A stretch of DNA of 38,552 nt from an uncultured Elusimicrobia bacterium (lineage in GTDB: Bacteria; Elusimicrobiota; Elusimicrobia; UBA1565; UBA9628): the NCBI GenBank assembly GCA_903874575.1, contig CAIQSZ010000370.1, positions 1 through 38,552 of the forward strand, in the 5' to 3' direction. The notes beneath the pieces were generated by a model. That model saw only the letters and a program-made list of their open reading frames with translations, had not been told where the DNA came from and did not search any database. Position numbers and translations under genes: made by a program. Each line of letters begins with the position of its first letter. The first letter of the stretch is position 1. This document shows, in pieces, positions 8,740 through 17,275 of the stretch.

Positions 8740-10184
8740 TGAAGAACCATACCCCCGGAACCGGACGCAAAGGCCAAGTGCTGGCCGGCGTGATTCTCCT
8801 TTTGATGATCCTGCTCATTTTGGTGCCCGCGATGGTCCAATGGATTCAGGTCGAAACGAAGGCGACCGTCCGCAGCCAGCGCACGACGCGGGCGCTGAAC
8901 CTGGCGGAGGCCGCGGTCGAGCGCGGCTACTGGCGCGTCAAGAGCTCGACGGCCGCCTACAATCAGGCGAGCGCCGGGAGCGTCATCGCCGGCTACAATT
9001 TCGACGTGACCTACCGCGACGTCGTCGGCGGCTCCTACCGGATCATGCTGTCGAGCGGGGGCTCGGGCAACAACAGCTTCACCGTCGTCGGGGAGGGTCG
9101 CGACGACTCAACCAAGGAGGTCCGCGCCATCTCCGCGGTGTTCAAGAACCAGACCATCTACAGTCCCCTGATGGCCAGCCAGCGCGTCAACTGGGGCAAG
9201 GGCCTGGGTCCCGATTGGGGACCGATCATGTCCCAGAGCGACATCAATATCACCGACGACTTCGTCGCCAACTGGTATTTCCCGCGGAAGTTCGCCAAAG
9301 GCGTGGTCAACGGGACCGCGGCCAACCCGCGCGACACGAACGGCCTGAATCCTCCGAACACGGACAACGTCGAGTGGTGGTCGAACTGGAAGTTCGTCCC
9401 CGATCTTCCGGTGATCGATTTCGCGACCTTGCGCTCGTCGGCCGCCGCCACGGGGACCTTGAACGTCTACGGCTGCCGGCAAAGCGCGACCCATACCGAC
9501 GCCGCGACTTCGGCCGTCGTCGCGGGCCCCGCTCCCTGGGACACCCGTGCGAACTGCGGCAATATCGGCGCTCATGCGTCCCACTTCGCCGAGTCGGCCA
9601 ACCATGCGCGCGGCGCGTTGACCTCTCCCCCGGCAAATACGTACGTCTGGTACTACGACAACGACGTGACTTTGGCGGGCAATTACGTCACGGCGGCGGG
9701 CACCGGGCTCCATGGAACCCTGATCGTGCGCGGAAACCTCACGCTGGACTCCAGCGGAAAATACAACTTTACGGGCGCGGTCCCCGCCAACGCCTGGGCG
9801 GATTACGGGAAGCTGACCGCTACGACTTTCGATACGGCCGCTGTGAACGAATATCCGGCCGACAATGGATTCCGGACCAACCGTCCGACCTTCAACTTCG
9901 GCACTGAAAACTTTACTATCCCGGCGAGCGGCGCTGGCTGGCATCACACCGTCGGCATGCGCGGCTTCACCTACGTCGGGGGCGATTTGATCATCACCAA
10001 CAACGGCTTCATGGACTTCATCGGCGCGGTCTGGGTCAATGGCCAGGTGATCGCCGCCGGCGCCAGCAATACCCAGTTCTGCGGCGTCTATTACGATGAC
10101 GCATTGACTCTGCCGACGCTGAACGTAGTGATCACCCAGCAATCCTGGCGGGAGCAGAAGCCGAGCGCGGCGGCGTGGCCTTAG
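8739..10184 (+). CDS. PilX-N-like pilus-associated protein (minor pilin/tip-like)
   Basis: N-terminal hydrophobic anchor GQVLAGVILLLMILLILVPAMV is followed by the RALNLAEAAVERGYW helix typical of PilX N-terminal domains. Large Gly/Asn/Thr-rich beta region. TGATG overlap with the previous gene. Confidence 0.6.
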   Translation: MKNHTPGTGRKGQVLAGVILLLMILLILVPAMVQWIQVETKATVRSQRTTRALNLAEAAVERGYWRVKSSTAAYNQASAGSVIAGYNFDVTYRDVVGGSYRIMLSSGGSGNNSFTVVGEGRDDSTKEVRAISAVFKNQTIYSPLMASQRVNWGKGLGPDWGPIMSQSDINITDDFVANWYFPRKFAKGVVNGTAANPRDTNGLNPPNTDNVEWWSNWKFVPDLPVIDFATLRSSAAATGTLNVYGCRQSATHTDAATSAVVAGPAPWDTRANCGNIGAHASHFAESANHARGALTSPPANTYVWYYDNDVTLAGNYVTAAGTGLHGTLIVRGNLTLDSSGKYNFTGAVPANAWADYGKLTATTFDTAAVNEYPADNGFRTNRPTFNFGTENFTIPASGAGWHHTVGMRGFTYVGGDLIITNNGFMDFIGAVWVNGQVIAAGASNTQFCGVYYDDALTLPTLNVVITQQSWREQKPSAAAWP

Positions 10185-10191
10185 GGCGCCC

Positions 10192-11904
10192 ATGAGGACC
10201 GCGACCGGAGATCGCGCGCGGGACGTCCTGCGCGGGGCGGGCTTGCTCGCCGCCTTGGCCCTCAGCGGCGTCTCGATCCTCGATCCGGACCTTCCCTGGC
10301 ACCTGTCCGCCGCGCGGCGCCTCGTTGAGACGCGCGCCTTACCGCGCGCGGACTTCCTGTCCTGGACGATGGGCGGCAAGCCTTGGGTCGATTTCGAGTG
10401 GGGCTCGGAACTCGCCTTCTACGGACTGGAGCGGATGGGCGGCTCGGCGGCGCTGTGGCTGTTCCGCTCGGCCGCGTTGTTCGGCCTCACCTTGGCGTTC
10501 CTGGGGCTGCTCCGCCTTTGGAAACTGCCCAAGATCTGGGAGGCGCTGGCGGCGCCCGCGCTGGCGGGCGCGCTGTTTCCCCTGTTCGGGCTGCGTCCGG
10601 AGATATTCTCCCTCCTGCTTTTCATGCTGGAGTTCCACCTGCTTGAGCGACGCCGGACGGGCCGGCTCAAGATCGGCGCGGGACGCTTCGCGCTCCTGCA
10701 CGCCGGGCTCTACGCGGCCTGGGCGAACCTCCACGCGGGCTTTCCCGCGGGGCTGCTGCTCTGCGCCTGCTACGGTCTGGGGGAGATGTTCAGCCGGCCG
10801 GAGGAAACGGTCCCTCTCTCGTTTCTCGCCGCCGGGGCGGGCTTGGCCGGGACTTTGGCGACGCCTTACGGACCGGGCCTGTACGCCGTCCTGTTCGAGC
10901 ATTGGCGCCACGTCGGGTCCCTGCGGCGCCTGATCACCGAATGGAACGCGCCGACCTTCTTCCAAGCCTACCTGACGGGCTACTGGCTGATCCTCGTCGC
11001 CGCCTTCGCCGGCCTGCTGGCGGCGAGCGTCCGCGGGCAATCCCTGCCCGCGGAGCACGTGGCCGTCGTCGTCGCGTTCGCCTTCTTCGGATCGCGCGCG
11101 ATACGCGGCACGCCGTACGCGATTCTGACCGCCGCGCCGCTGGGCCTGTGGGCCTGGAGCCGGCTGTCACTGCCGCCGATCTCGCGCCGTCCGTTGCTCT
11201 TGGCCGCGCTGGTCGCTGCGGTGGTCGTTCCTTGGAGGGGATACCACTGGGCTCGGGACATGCGCTTCTTCGGCTGGCCGGAGCCGCTCGCCGCCCAGGG
11301 GCCGTCGCGCGCGGTGGAATTCCTGCGCCGGGAGAAGGCCGTGTTGGCGGGGCTGAAAATGTACAACTCCTACAATTGGGGCGGCATCCTCGGCTACGGC
11401 CTGTTCCCGGATTACAAGGTCTTCATCGACGGCCGCTACCTTTTCGCGGACCTGCTCGCCGAGGTCGACGCGGCGCAGGACTCGCCGCGCTCGTTCCGGT
11501 CGTTCATCGACCGGTACGGCGTCGCGCTGGCCGTGCAGCCTAACGACGGCCTGATGCTGCGGGATCCGAGCGACCCGTCGAGTCTGAGCGCGCGTCCCTA
11601 CCTCGCCGCCGCCTGGCCGCGGGCCCAATGGGCGCTCGTCTACTGGGATTCGGACGCGGTCGTGCTCGTCCGGCGATCGGCGGTCCCGGCCGGCTGGCTG
11701 GCTCGCCGCGAGTTCCGCTGCCTTCGGCCGCACGACCTGCGCCAGATCGGCCTCTACGTGGTCGGCGGGGCGCTCCGCCTCCAAGACGTCGAGGCGGAGA
11801 TTGCCCGCTATCGCCGCGAGATCGGCGATCCGCGCGAGAGCGCCGAACTCGAGTCTTGGTTCGAAAGGTTCCGCGGGAATTTTCCCGCGCCGCGCCGCCG
11901 ATAG
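10192..11904 (+). CDS. polytopic membrane protein, GT-C-like (glycosyltransferase-like) with C-terminal soluble domain
   Basis: About 10 or more hydrophobic helices in the first ~330 aa, then a soluble domain. No catalytic motif could be verified by eye. Confidence 0.5.
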   Translation: MRTATGDRARDVLRGAGLLAALALSGVSILDPDLPWHLSAARRLVETRALPRADFLSWTMGGKPWVDFEWGSELAFYGLERMGGSAALWLFRSAALFGLTLAFLGLLRLWKLPKIWEALAAPALAGALFPLFGLRPEIFSLLLFMLEFHLLERRRTGRLKIGAGRFALLHAGLYAAWANLHAGFPAGLLLCACYGLGEMFSRPEETVPLSFLAAGAGLAGTLATPYGPGLYAVLFEHWRHVGSLRRLITEWNAPTFFQAYLTGYWLILVAAFAGLLAASVRGQSLPAEHVAVVVAFAFFGSRAIRGTPYAILTAAPLGLWAWSRLSLPPISRRPLLLAALVAAVVVPWRGYHWARDMRFFGWPEPLAAQGPSRAVEFLRREKAVLAGLKMYNSYNWGGILGYGLFPDYKVFIDGRYLFADLLAEVDAAQDSPRSFRSFIDRYGVALAVQPNDGLMLRDPSDPSSLSARPYLAAAWPRAQWALVYWDSDAVVLVRRSAVPAGWLARREFRCLRPHDLRQIGLYVVGGALRLQDVEAEIARYRREIGDPRESAELESWFERFRGNFPAPRRR

Positions 11905-13487
11905 ATCGCGGTCTCGGCGTTTTCGAACACCTTGTCGGCTTGGGCGACCAAGGCGGCCGCGCTCCCCGTCGCGAAACGCTCCCGCCAATCGCCGTCGACG
12001 AGGACGTAGTCGATCCCGAAGTCCCAGAAACGGCGCCGGCGCGCGGAGGGGGGGAGCCAGGAGTCGTCCGAGGAGATGGTCCTGATCATGTCGGCCTGCC
12101 CGTCGAGGTCCACGGCCTGGGCCCAGTGCCCCCAGAACACGGTGTCGCCCGCGTAGGCGCAGACCTTGGCGCTGGTCGGCGGCGTCGCGAACACGACGTC
12201 CGATTTCGCGCCGTGGGCGTCCAGATACGTCAGCGCCTGGCGCATGCCGGGGGAGATTCGGTAGGCCGTATCCGGGTTCCGCGCGACCTCGGACAGCGCG
12301 TCGACGAAGTGGACGAGCTGGGTGAAAGGCAGGGCGATCAGCGCGAGCGTCGCGATCGCCGCGTTCCGCCTCAAGCCCGCGAAGAAGTCGCCCGCGGCCG
12401 CGCCGGCCAGCAGGCACACCGGCAGATGGGAACCGAACAGATACTTGCTGCGCAGCCACACCGGGCAGAGCGCGAGCGTCACGCAGAGCCCGGCCCACGC
12501 CAGCAACAGCCAATGCCTTCGGACGAAGGCCGCCCCTCCGGCGTAGGCTCCGGCCCCGGCGAGCGCCAGGGGCAGTCCCATGCCGGAGAAAATCGCGAAT
12601 ATAGTCACTTTCTGCGCCGAGCCGATCTCGTTGTGGGCGCGGATGAGCGGGTGAAGCAACGAGAGGCCGGCCACGTAGCCCGCGCCCGGAAGCGCCGCGA
12701 CGGCGAGCCTCAGCCACAGTCCCAGCGCCCCTCGCGGGCGCTTGACGACCGCGAGGAGCGCCGTCAACGGGAGCAGGACCGCGACGGGGTAGGGATGGAG
12801 CACGGCCAGGGCGCAGACGCAGAACCCCGAGAGGTAGGCCTTGCGGGCGTCGCCATCGCCGAACGCTTCGTCGGCGAAGCGCAGGGACAGGACGATCAGC
12901 GCCAAGGAGAACGGGTAGACGGGGCTCCAGAGCAAGGACCAGAAGGTGTTCGAGTCGACCAGCCAGGCGTCCGTCGGCGTCCAGGCGCGGGGCAGCGGCG
13001 ACTGCCGGATCAGCGGCAGGAGGCCGCCCAGTCCGGACGAGATTCCGGCGAACACGCAGGCGGCGACGGATTGAAACGGATTCAGGCGCAGGCGGCGCAG
13101 GAGTCCGCCGAACGCCCAGAAGAAGAGGCCCGTCCCCGCGGCTTTGAGCGACAGGTGGACCAGGCCGATGTCGATTCCGCCCAGGCGCGCCAGTCGTCCC
13201 GCGAGCGCGAAGAAGGGGAGAAACAGGAACGGGCGGTTCGCGCGCGGCGTGAACTTTAAGGAGAACAGCCAGGCGCCGTCGAAGGCTTGTTTCGACCAGG
13301 CTCGATAGGCGTAGGAATCGGCCGGGTACGGGGGCAGGATCCAGGCGTAAGACCAGTCCTTCGGAGTCGTCAAAAAGGCCGCGAGATAGGGCGCGGTCGT
13401 CAGAACGACGATGAACGCGGCCCAAGCCGGCAGGAACAGACGCGGCGTTCCGTACCTCTCCGCCCGCGCGGCGACGCTTCCGGACAT
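11808..13487 (-). CDS. polytopic membrane protein, GT-C-like (glycosyltransferase-like)
   Basis: The 559-aa ORF has many TM helices and a C-terminal soluble domain. Its 3' end converges on and overlaps the previous gene by 97 nt. Confidence 0.5.
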   Translation of the reverse strand: MSGSVAARAERYGTPRLFLPAWAAFIVVLTTAPYLAAFLTTPKDWSYAWILPPYPADSYAYRAWSKQAFDGAWLFSLKFTPRANRPFLFLPFFALAGRLARLGGIDIGLVHLSLKAAGTGLFFWAFGGLLRRLRLNPFQSVAACVFAGISSGLGGLLPLIRQSPLPRAWTPTDAWLVDSNTFWSLLWSPVYPFSLALIVLSLRFADEAFGDGDARKAYLSGFCVCALAVLHPYPVAVLLPLTALLAVVKRPRGALGLWLRLAVAALPGAGYVAGLSLLHPLIRAHNEIGSAQKVTIFAIFSGMGLPLALAGAGAYAGGAAFVRRHWLLLAWAGLCVTLALCPVWLRSKYLFGSHLPVCLLAGAAAGDFFAGLRRNAAIATLALIALPFTQLVHFVDALSEVARNPDTAYRISPGMRQALTYLDAHGAKSDVVFATPPTSAKVCAYAGDTVFWGHWAQAVDLDGQADMIRTISSDDSWLPPSARRRRFWDFGIDYVLVDGDWRERFATGSAAALVAQADKVFENAETAIYRRRGAGKFPRNLSNQDSSSALSRGSPISRR

Positions 13488-13515
13488 GGGGACATTAAAC
13501 CAATAAACGTAAACG

Positions 13516-13552
13516 GGGCGGCCGGCCTCGAAACTTCCGAGGCCGGCCGCTT
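13516..13552 (-). terminator. rho-independent terminator-like hairpin downstream of nrdJ
   Basis: Perfect 13-bp GC-rich stem, GCGGCCGGCCTCG (13518-13530) with CGAGGCCGGCCGC (13538-13550), and loop AAACTTC. On the minus strand it is followed by the T-rich GTTTACGTTTATTGGTTTAAT. It sits between the nrdJ stop (13580) and the next gene start (13487). Confidence 0.6.
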
Positions 13553-13579
13553 GCTTGGCGGTCCGCGTTCGTCAGGCCG

Positions 13580-16081
13580 TTACGAGCACTTCGAGAAGCC
13601 GCAGTCGTGGCAGGTCGGGCCGGAACAGCCGGACTCGAACGAGACGTTGGACGAGTAGCACTTGGGGCAATGTTCGGTCACGGGCATGTCCGCCAGCGGC
13701 CGGGGCGCGGACGCTCCGCCGTTCTCTTCCGACATCCAGCCGGTCTTCTTCAGGTGCGCGCGCATCGCGATCGCGATCGCGTGCGGGATCGAGTCGACGC
13801 GCGACGGTCCCAGGCCGATCGGACGGTCTCCCTTCACCGAGTTCAGGTGCTTGAGCAGGTTCATCGGGTCGCCGCCCTCCGCGAGGTACTTGGAGATGAG
13901 GATGCCGACCAACGAGGTCAGCCCCGATATTTCGGTGCCCAGAGGAGGAATGTTGGTGAACACCTGCATCGGCCCGCGCTCGTCGTAGTTGACGTGGATG
14001 TGGAGCGGTCCGTAGCCGGTGCGGATCTGGAAGTACTCGGAGGCCAGGCCGAAGGTCGTCGAGGTTTCGCGACGCTTGGACTTCGTCGGCGTCGGCGCCA
14101 GGTTGAGCACCTGCTGGACCTTCGAGCCGTCGCGGTAGACGGTGATGCCTTTGCACCCCAGCTCGTAGCTCAGCATGTACGCCCGGCGGATGTCCTCCAC
14201 GGTGGCGGTCGAGGGCATGTTGATGGTCTTGGAAACGCCGTTGTCCACGTGCCGCTGGTACGCGGCCTGCATCCTCACGTGCGTTTCGGGCGAGACGTCG
14301 TGAGCCGAGGCGAAGGCGCGTTGGACCTTCTCCGGGATCTCCTTGATGCCGCGCACCGACTTGTGGTTCTCGTCGATCCTGCGGAAGAGCGTCTTCTCGC
14401 CCAGGCCGAACCAGTCGTGCGCTTGCGCGACCTCGCGGAACAGGGGGTTCACCTCGAAGAACACGTCCTTGTCGTCGGGCTTGTGGCCCTTCTTCAGCGC
14501 CTCGAGCGCCTTCGCGTTGTAGCGGGTGTAGGCGATCGCGAAGAAAGGCTCGATGCCGCCTCCCTGGATGCCGGCCGTGATCGCGATCGTGCCGGTCGGC
14601 GCGATGGTGGTTCGCGCGCAGTGCCTGGGGTAGCGCTCGTCGCCGCGGAAGTGGGGGCCGGTCGGATCGTAGATGGAGTCCTTCCAGTTCGGGAAGACGC
14701 CGCGTTCCTTGGCCAGAGACTCGGACGCGTCCAGCGCCGCGCCGTTGATGAACGACATCACTTTTTCAGCCGCGGCCAAGCCCTCGGCCGAATCGTAGGC
14801 CAGGCCCATCTTGCCCAGCGCCTCGGCCCAACCCATCACGCCCAAACCGATGCGGCGGTTGCCCTTCGCGTGGGCCTCGATCTCGGGGAGAGGATAGTTG
14901 TTGACGTCGATGACGTCGTCCAGGAAGCGTACCGCCAGTTGGACGGCCTCCTTCAGGCGGGGGAAATCGACTTTGCCGTTCATGAGATCGCCGACGACGA
15001 AGTTCGACAGGTTGAGCGAGCCCAGGTTGCAGGGCTCCCACGGCAGGAGCGGCTGCTCGCCGCAGGGGTTGGTGCTCTCGATCTGGCCCAGGGCCGGGGT
15101 CGGGTTGGACCCCGACGCGTTGATGCGGTCCAGGACGATGAGCCCCGGGTCGCCGGTCTTCCAGGCGAACTCGCACATCGCGTCGAAAATCTCCTTGGCG
15201 CGCGCCTTGGCGACCGCCTCTCCGGTGCGCGGGTTGACGAGATCGTACTCGGCGTCGGCCAGGACCGCCTTCATGAAGGCGGCGTCGACGCCGACGGAGA
15301 CGTTGAAGTTCTCCATGACGCCGGGGGTCTGCTTCATCTTGATGAAATCTTGGATCTCCGGGTGGTCGTAGCGCAGGATCGCCATGTTGGCGCCGCGGCG
15401 CGTGCCGCCCTGCTTCACCACGTCGGTCATGGTGTCGAACAGGCGCATGAAGGACAGCGCGCCCGACGCGATGCCGCGGGACTTCATCACCGAGTCCCCG
15501 GCCGGGCGCAGGCGGGAGAACGAGAACCCGGTGCCGCCTCCGGACTTCTGGATCAGGGAGGTCGCCGTCACCGACTTCATGATGCCTTCCATGGAGTCCG
15601 GCACCGGCAGGACGTAGCACGCGGACAGCTGCTGCAGCTCGCGGCCCGCGTTCATGAGGGTCGGGGAGTTCGGGAGGAAGTCCCAGCGGGACATCAACGC
15701 GTAGAAGCGGTCGGCCCATTCGTCGCGCAGTCGCCGGGCGTCGGGGTGCTTCGCGCAGGCGTGCTCGAGGTTGACGATCAGGCGGTTGAAATTGGAGGTG
15801 CGCGACTCGGAGTCCGTGCCGGCGTGATAAAGGGTCATCTTGGACGCGGCGGCGGTGCCGTGCGAGGGGACGGCGACGACGCGGTGCTCGACGCCTTCGT
15901 AAAGGCCCCACTTCTCGGCGTCGGGATGGGACAGCAGTTCGGCGAGCGCGATGTTGCGGGCGACGCCTTCCAGCCAAGCCTCGACGGATGGGGCGTCCCG
16001 CAGGTACTTGTCCTTGATCACCTTCAGTTGATTCTCCGACACCCGTAGTTTGTCCGGGGTGCGCGTCTTACGCTCGCTCAT
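13580..16081 (-). CDS. nrdJ: adenosylcobalamin-dependent (class II) ribonucleotide reductase
   Basis: Motifs LMNAGR, NPCGEQPLLPWEPCNLGS (active-site Cys) and TIAPTGTIA, plus a C-terminal zinc ribbon CPKC...CHDC. The ATG at 16081 is preceded by AGGAG at 7 nt. The in-frame upstream Met codons of the 851-aa ORF lack an RBS. Confidence 0.85.
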   Translation of the reverse strand: MSERKTRTPDKLRVSENQLKVIKDKYLRDAPSVEAWLEGVARNIALAELLSHPDAEKWGLYEGVEHRVVAVPSHGTAAASKMTLYHAGTDSESRTSNFNRLIVNLEHACAKHPDARRLRDEWADRFYALMSRWDFLPNSPTLMNAGRELQQLSACYVLPVPDSMEGIMKSVTATSLIQKSGGGTGFSFSRLRPAGDSVMKSRGIASGALSFMRLFDTMTDVVKQGGTRRGANMAILRYDHPEIQDFIKMKQTPGVMENFNVSVGVDAAFMKAVLADAEYDLVNPRTGEAVAKARAKEIFDAMCEFAWKTGDPGLIVLDRINASGSNPTPALGQIESTNPCGEQPLLPWEPCNLGSLNLSNFVVGDLMNGKVDFPRLKEAVQLAVRFLDDVIDVNNYPLPEIEAHAKGNRRIGLGVMGWAEALGKMGLAYDSAEGLAAAEKVMSFINGAALDASESLAKERGVFPNWKDSIYDPTGPHFRGDERYPRHCARTTIAPTGTIAITAGIQGGGIEPFFAIAYTRYNAKALEALKKGHKPDDKDVFFEVNPLFREVAQAHDWFGLGEKTLFRRIDENHKSVRGIKEIPEKVQRAFASAHDVSPETHVRMQAAYQRHVDNGVSKTINMPSTATVEDIRRAYMLSYELGCKGITVYRDGSKVQQVLNLAPTPTKSKRRETSTTFGLASEYFQIRTGYGPLHIHVNYDERGPMQVFTNIPPLGTEISGLTSLVGILISKYLAEGGDPMNLLKHLNSVKGDRPIGLGPSRVDSIPHAIAIAMRAHLKKTGWMSEENGGASAPRPLADMPVTEHCPKCYSSNVSFESGCSGPTCHDCGFSKCS

Positions 16082-16133
16082 CGAATTGCTCCTGGTCATG
16101 TCGATATGCCAGCCTCGGCGGAGGCGACCGGTC

Positions 16134-16147
16134 ATTATATAACATTG
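16134..16147 (-). promoter_or_regulatory. AT-rich element upstream of nrdJ: possible -10 box (TATAAT on minus strand) and/or degenerate NrdR-box-like site
   Basis: The minus strand reads CAATGTTATATAATGA about 50 nt upstream of the nrdJ ATG. It is the only AT-rich island in this intergenic region. The palindromy is imperfect. Confidence 0.25.
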
Positions 16148-16171
16148 CGCGCGTCGGGTTCCTGCTGCGTC

Positions 16172-17128
16172 TTAGGCGGCCGTCGGATCGAGCTTGCGAC
16201 GCCGGCGCAGCCCGCGGCGGGAGATCTGCTCTTGCGTTCCGCACGAGCACAGGTACGCCCCGAGGGTGCGGCAGTTTTCCGCGGCGAACAGGAGGAGCTC
16301 AAGGCAGCTTTCCAGGCTGCGCGCGGTCGGGCGCCAGAGGAGGTGAGGGGACTGCTCGCCCTCTTTAGGCTTTTCGCCCTTGGCCAGCACGCGGTCCTGA
16401 TTCTCCGCGCACAGGAACAGCTCGTGGATGTTCAAGTGAGGCACCTTCATCGCGTCCAGGGCGAGGACCATCGCTTCCAGCTTCGGAAGGTCTTCCGGCA
16501 CGACGGGAATCTCGACGGCGACCTCCTCGAAAATCGACTTCGCCAGCTTCACGGGAGCCAGGTCGTAGTCGCGCGCAGCGGCGTCGAAGCGGATCGAATC
16601 CAGGCCCGCGCCCTTAAGGCGGCGCAGGATATCCTCGTCGGCTCGGTCCCCGTTGGTGTATAGATCCACCCGCGGCGGCCGCGGCATGGTCTTCAGCGCC
16701 TCCAGGATGGCGAGCACGCGTTCGGGAAACAACAGAGGCTCGCCGCCGGACAACCCGACGCTGCGCAGGCCGAAGCGCTCGACGATGGCCGGAGCCTCGG
16801 ATGGCTCCTTGACCGGGATGCCGTGGACGACCGTCTCGTCCTTGCGAGGCTTCTGATTGAAGCAGAAAAAACAGTCGCGCGTGCACAGTCCCGTCACATA
16901 GAGGTTCGTTCCCTTGCCCGCCAGGCACGGCTTGCAGCCCGCCGGCAATCCGCGCGTGAACAAGGTCATGCTCGCGCCGTCGCCGCGCACCCCGGCCGCG
17001 CGCAGGCGTTCGAGCAGGCCGGCGATGCGCTCGACTTGCGCGGGCTCGGGCTCGGCGCCGGGCGCGACCGTGGAGCGCGCGGCCCGCCGCGCGTACCACG
17101 AGAGGTCGTCGCCCTCCTTCAGCCCCAA
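16172..17128 (-). CDS. radical SAM protein (unclassified; small activase-like)
   Basis: CTRDCFFC is a CX3CX2C motif. GLSGGEPLL is a SAM-binding GGE motif. An upstream Cys pair CKPC is present. The start is uncertain: TTG at 17128 or ATG at 16969. Confidence 0.7.
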   Translation of the reverse strand: MGLKEGDDLSWYARRAARSTVAPGAEPEPAQVERIAGLLERLRAAGVRGDGASMTLFTRGLPAGCKPCLAGKGTNLYVTGLCTRDCFFCFNQKPRKDETVVHGIPVKEPSEAPAIVERFGLRSVGLSGGEPLLFPERVLAILEALKTMPRPPRVDLYTNGDRADEDILRRLKGAGLDSIRFDAAARDYDLAPVKLAKSIFEEVAVEIPVVPEDLPKLEAMVLALDAMKVPHLNIHELFLCAENQDRVLAKGEKPKEGEQSPHLLWRPTARSLESCLELLLFAAENCRTLGAYLCSCGTQEQISRRGLRRRRKLDPTAA

Positions 17129-17275
17129 GCGGCCTTCGTCCGGGTATTAGGGAACACCGTCCATATTGTGTGAAATATCCGGCGAGTCCGCCAATCGCCA
17201 TCGCCTCGTGCGCGCCCGACTCTATGACCATTGCCATAGTCAGCTCGTTTGGGCGGGGCTATACTCCGGGTATCT

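Noticed and set aside
2170-16048. Very long alternative-frame or antisense ORFs (e.g. 2170..3729 -, 2568..4607 +, 5675..7654 -, 9108..10379 -, 11167..13425 -, 11628..13259 +, 13607..16048 +, 14766..15977 -)
   Set aside because: They fully overlap genes with clear family motifs (metG, holB, pilin-like, nrdJ and others) and have the extreme Arg/Gly/Pro/Ala composition typical of spurious frames in high-GC DNA.
16082-16171. Cobalamin riboswitch upstream of nrdJ
   Set aside because: The intergenic region is only 90 nt, too short for a B12 aptamer plus expression platform, and I saw no B12-box-like core. B12 riboswitches typically repress B12-independent isozymes rather than nrdJ.
16172-17128. 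Calling the small rSAM protein an anaerobic RNR activase (NrdG)
   Set aside because: No nrdD is present, the adjacent reductase is class II, and the protein (~318 aa, with CKPC plus CTRDCFFC) is larger than and differently organised from NrdG as I recall it. It is left as an unclassified rSAM.
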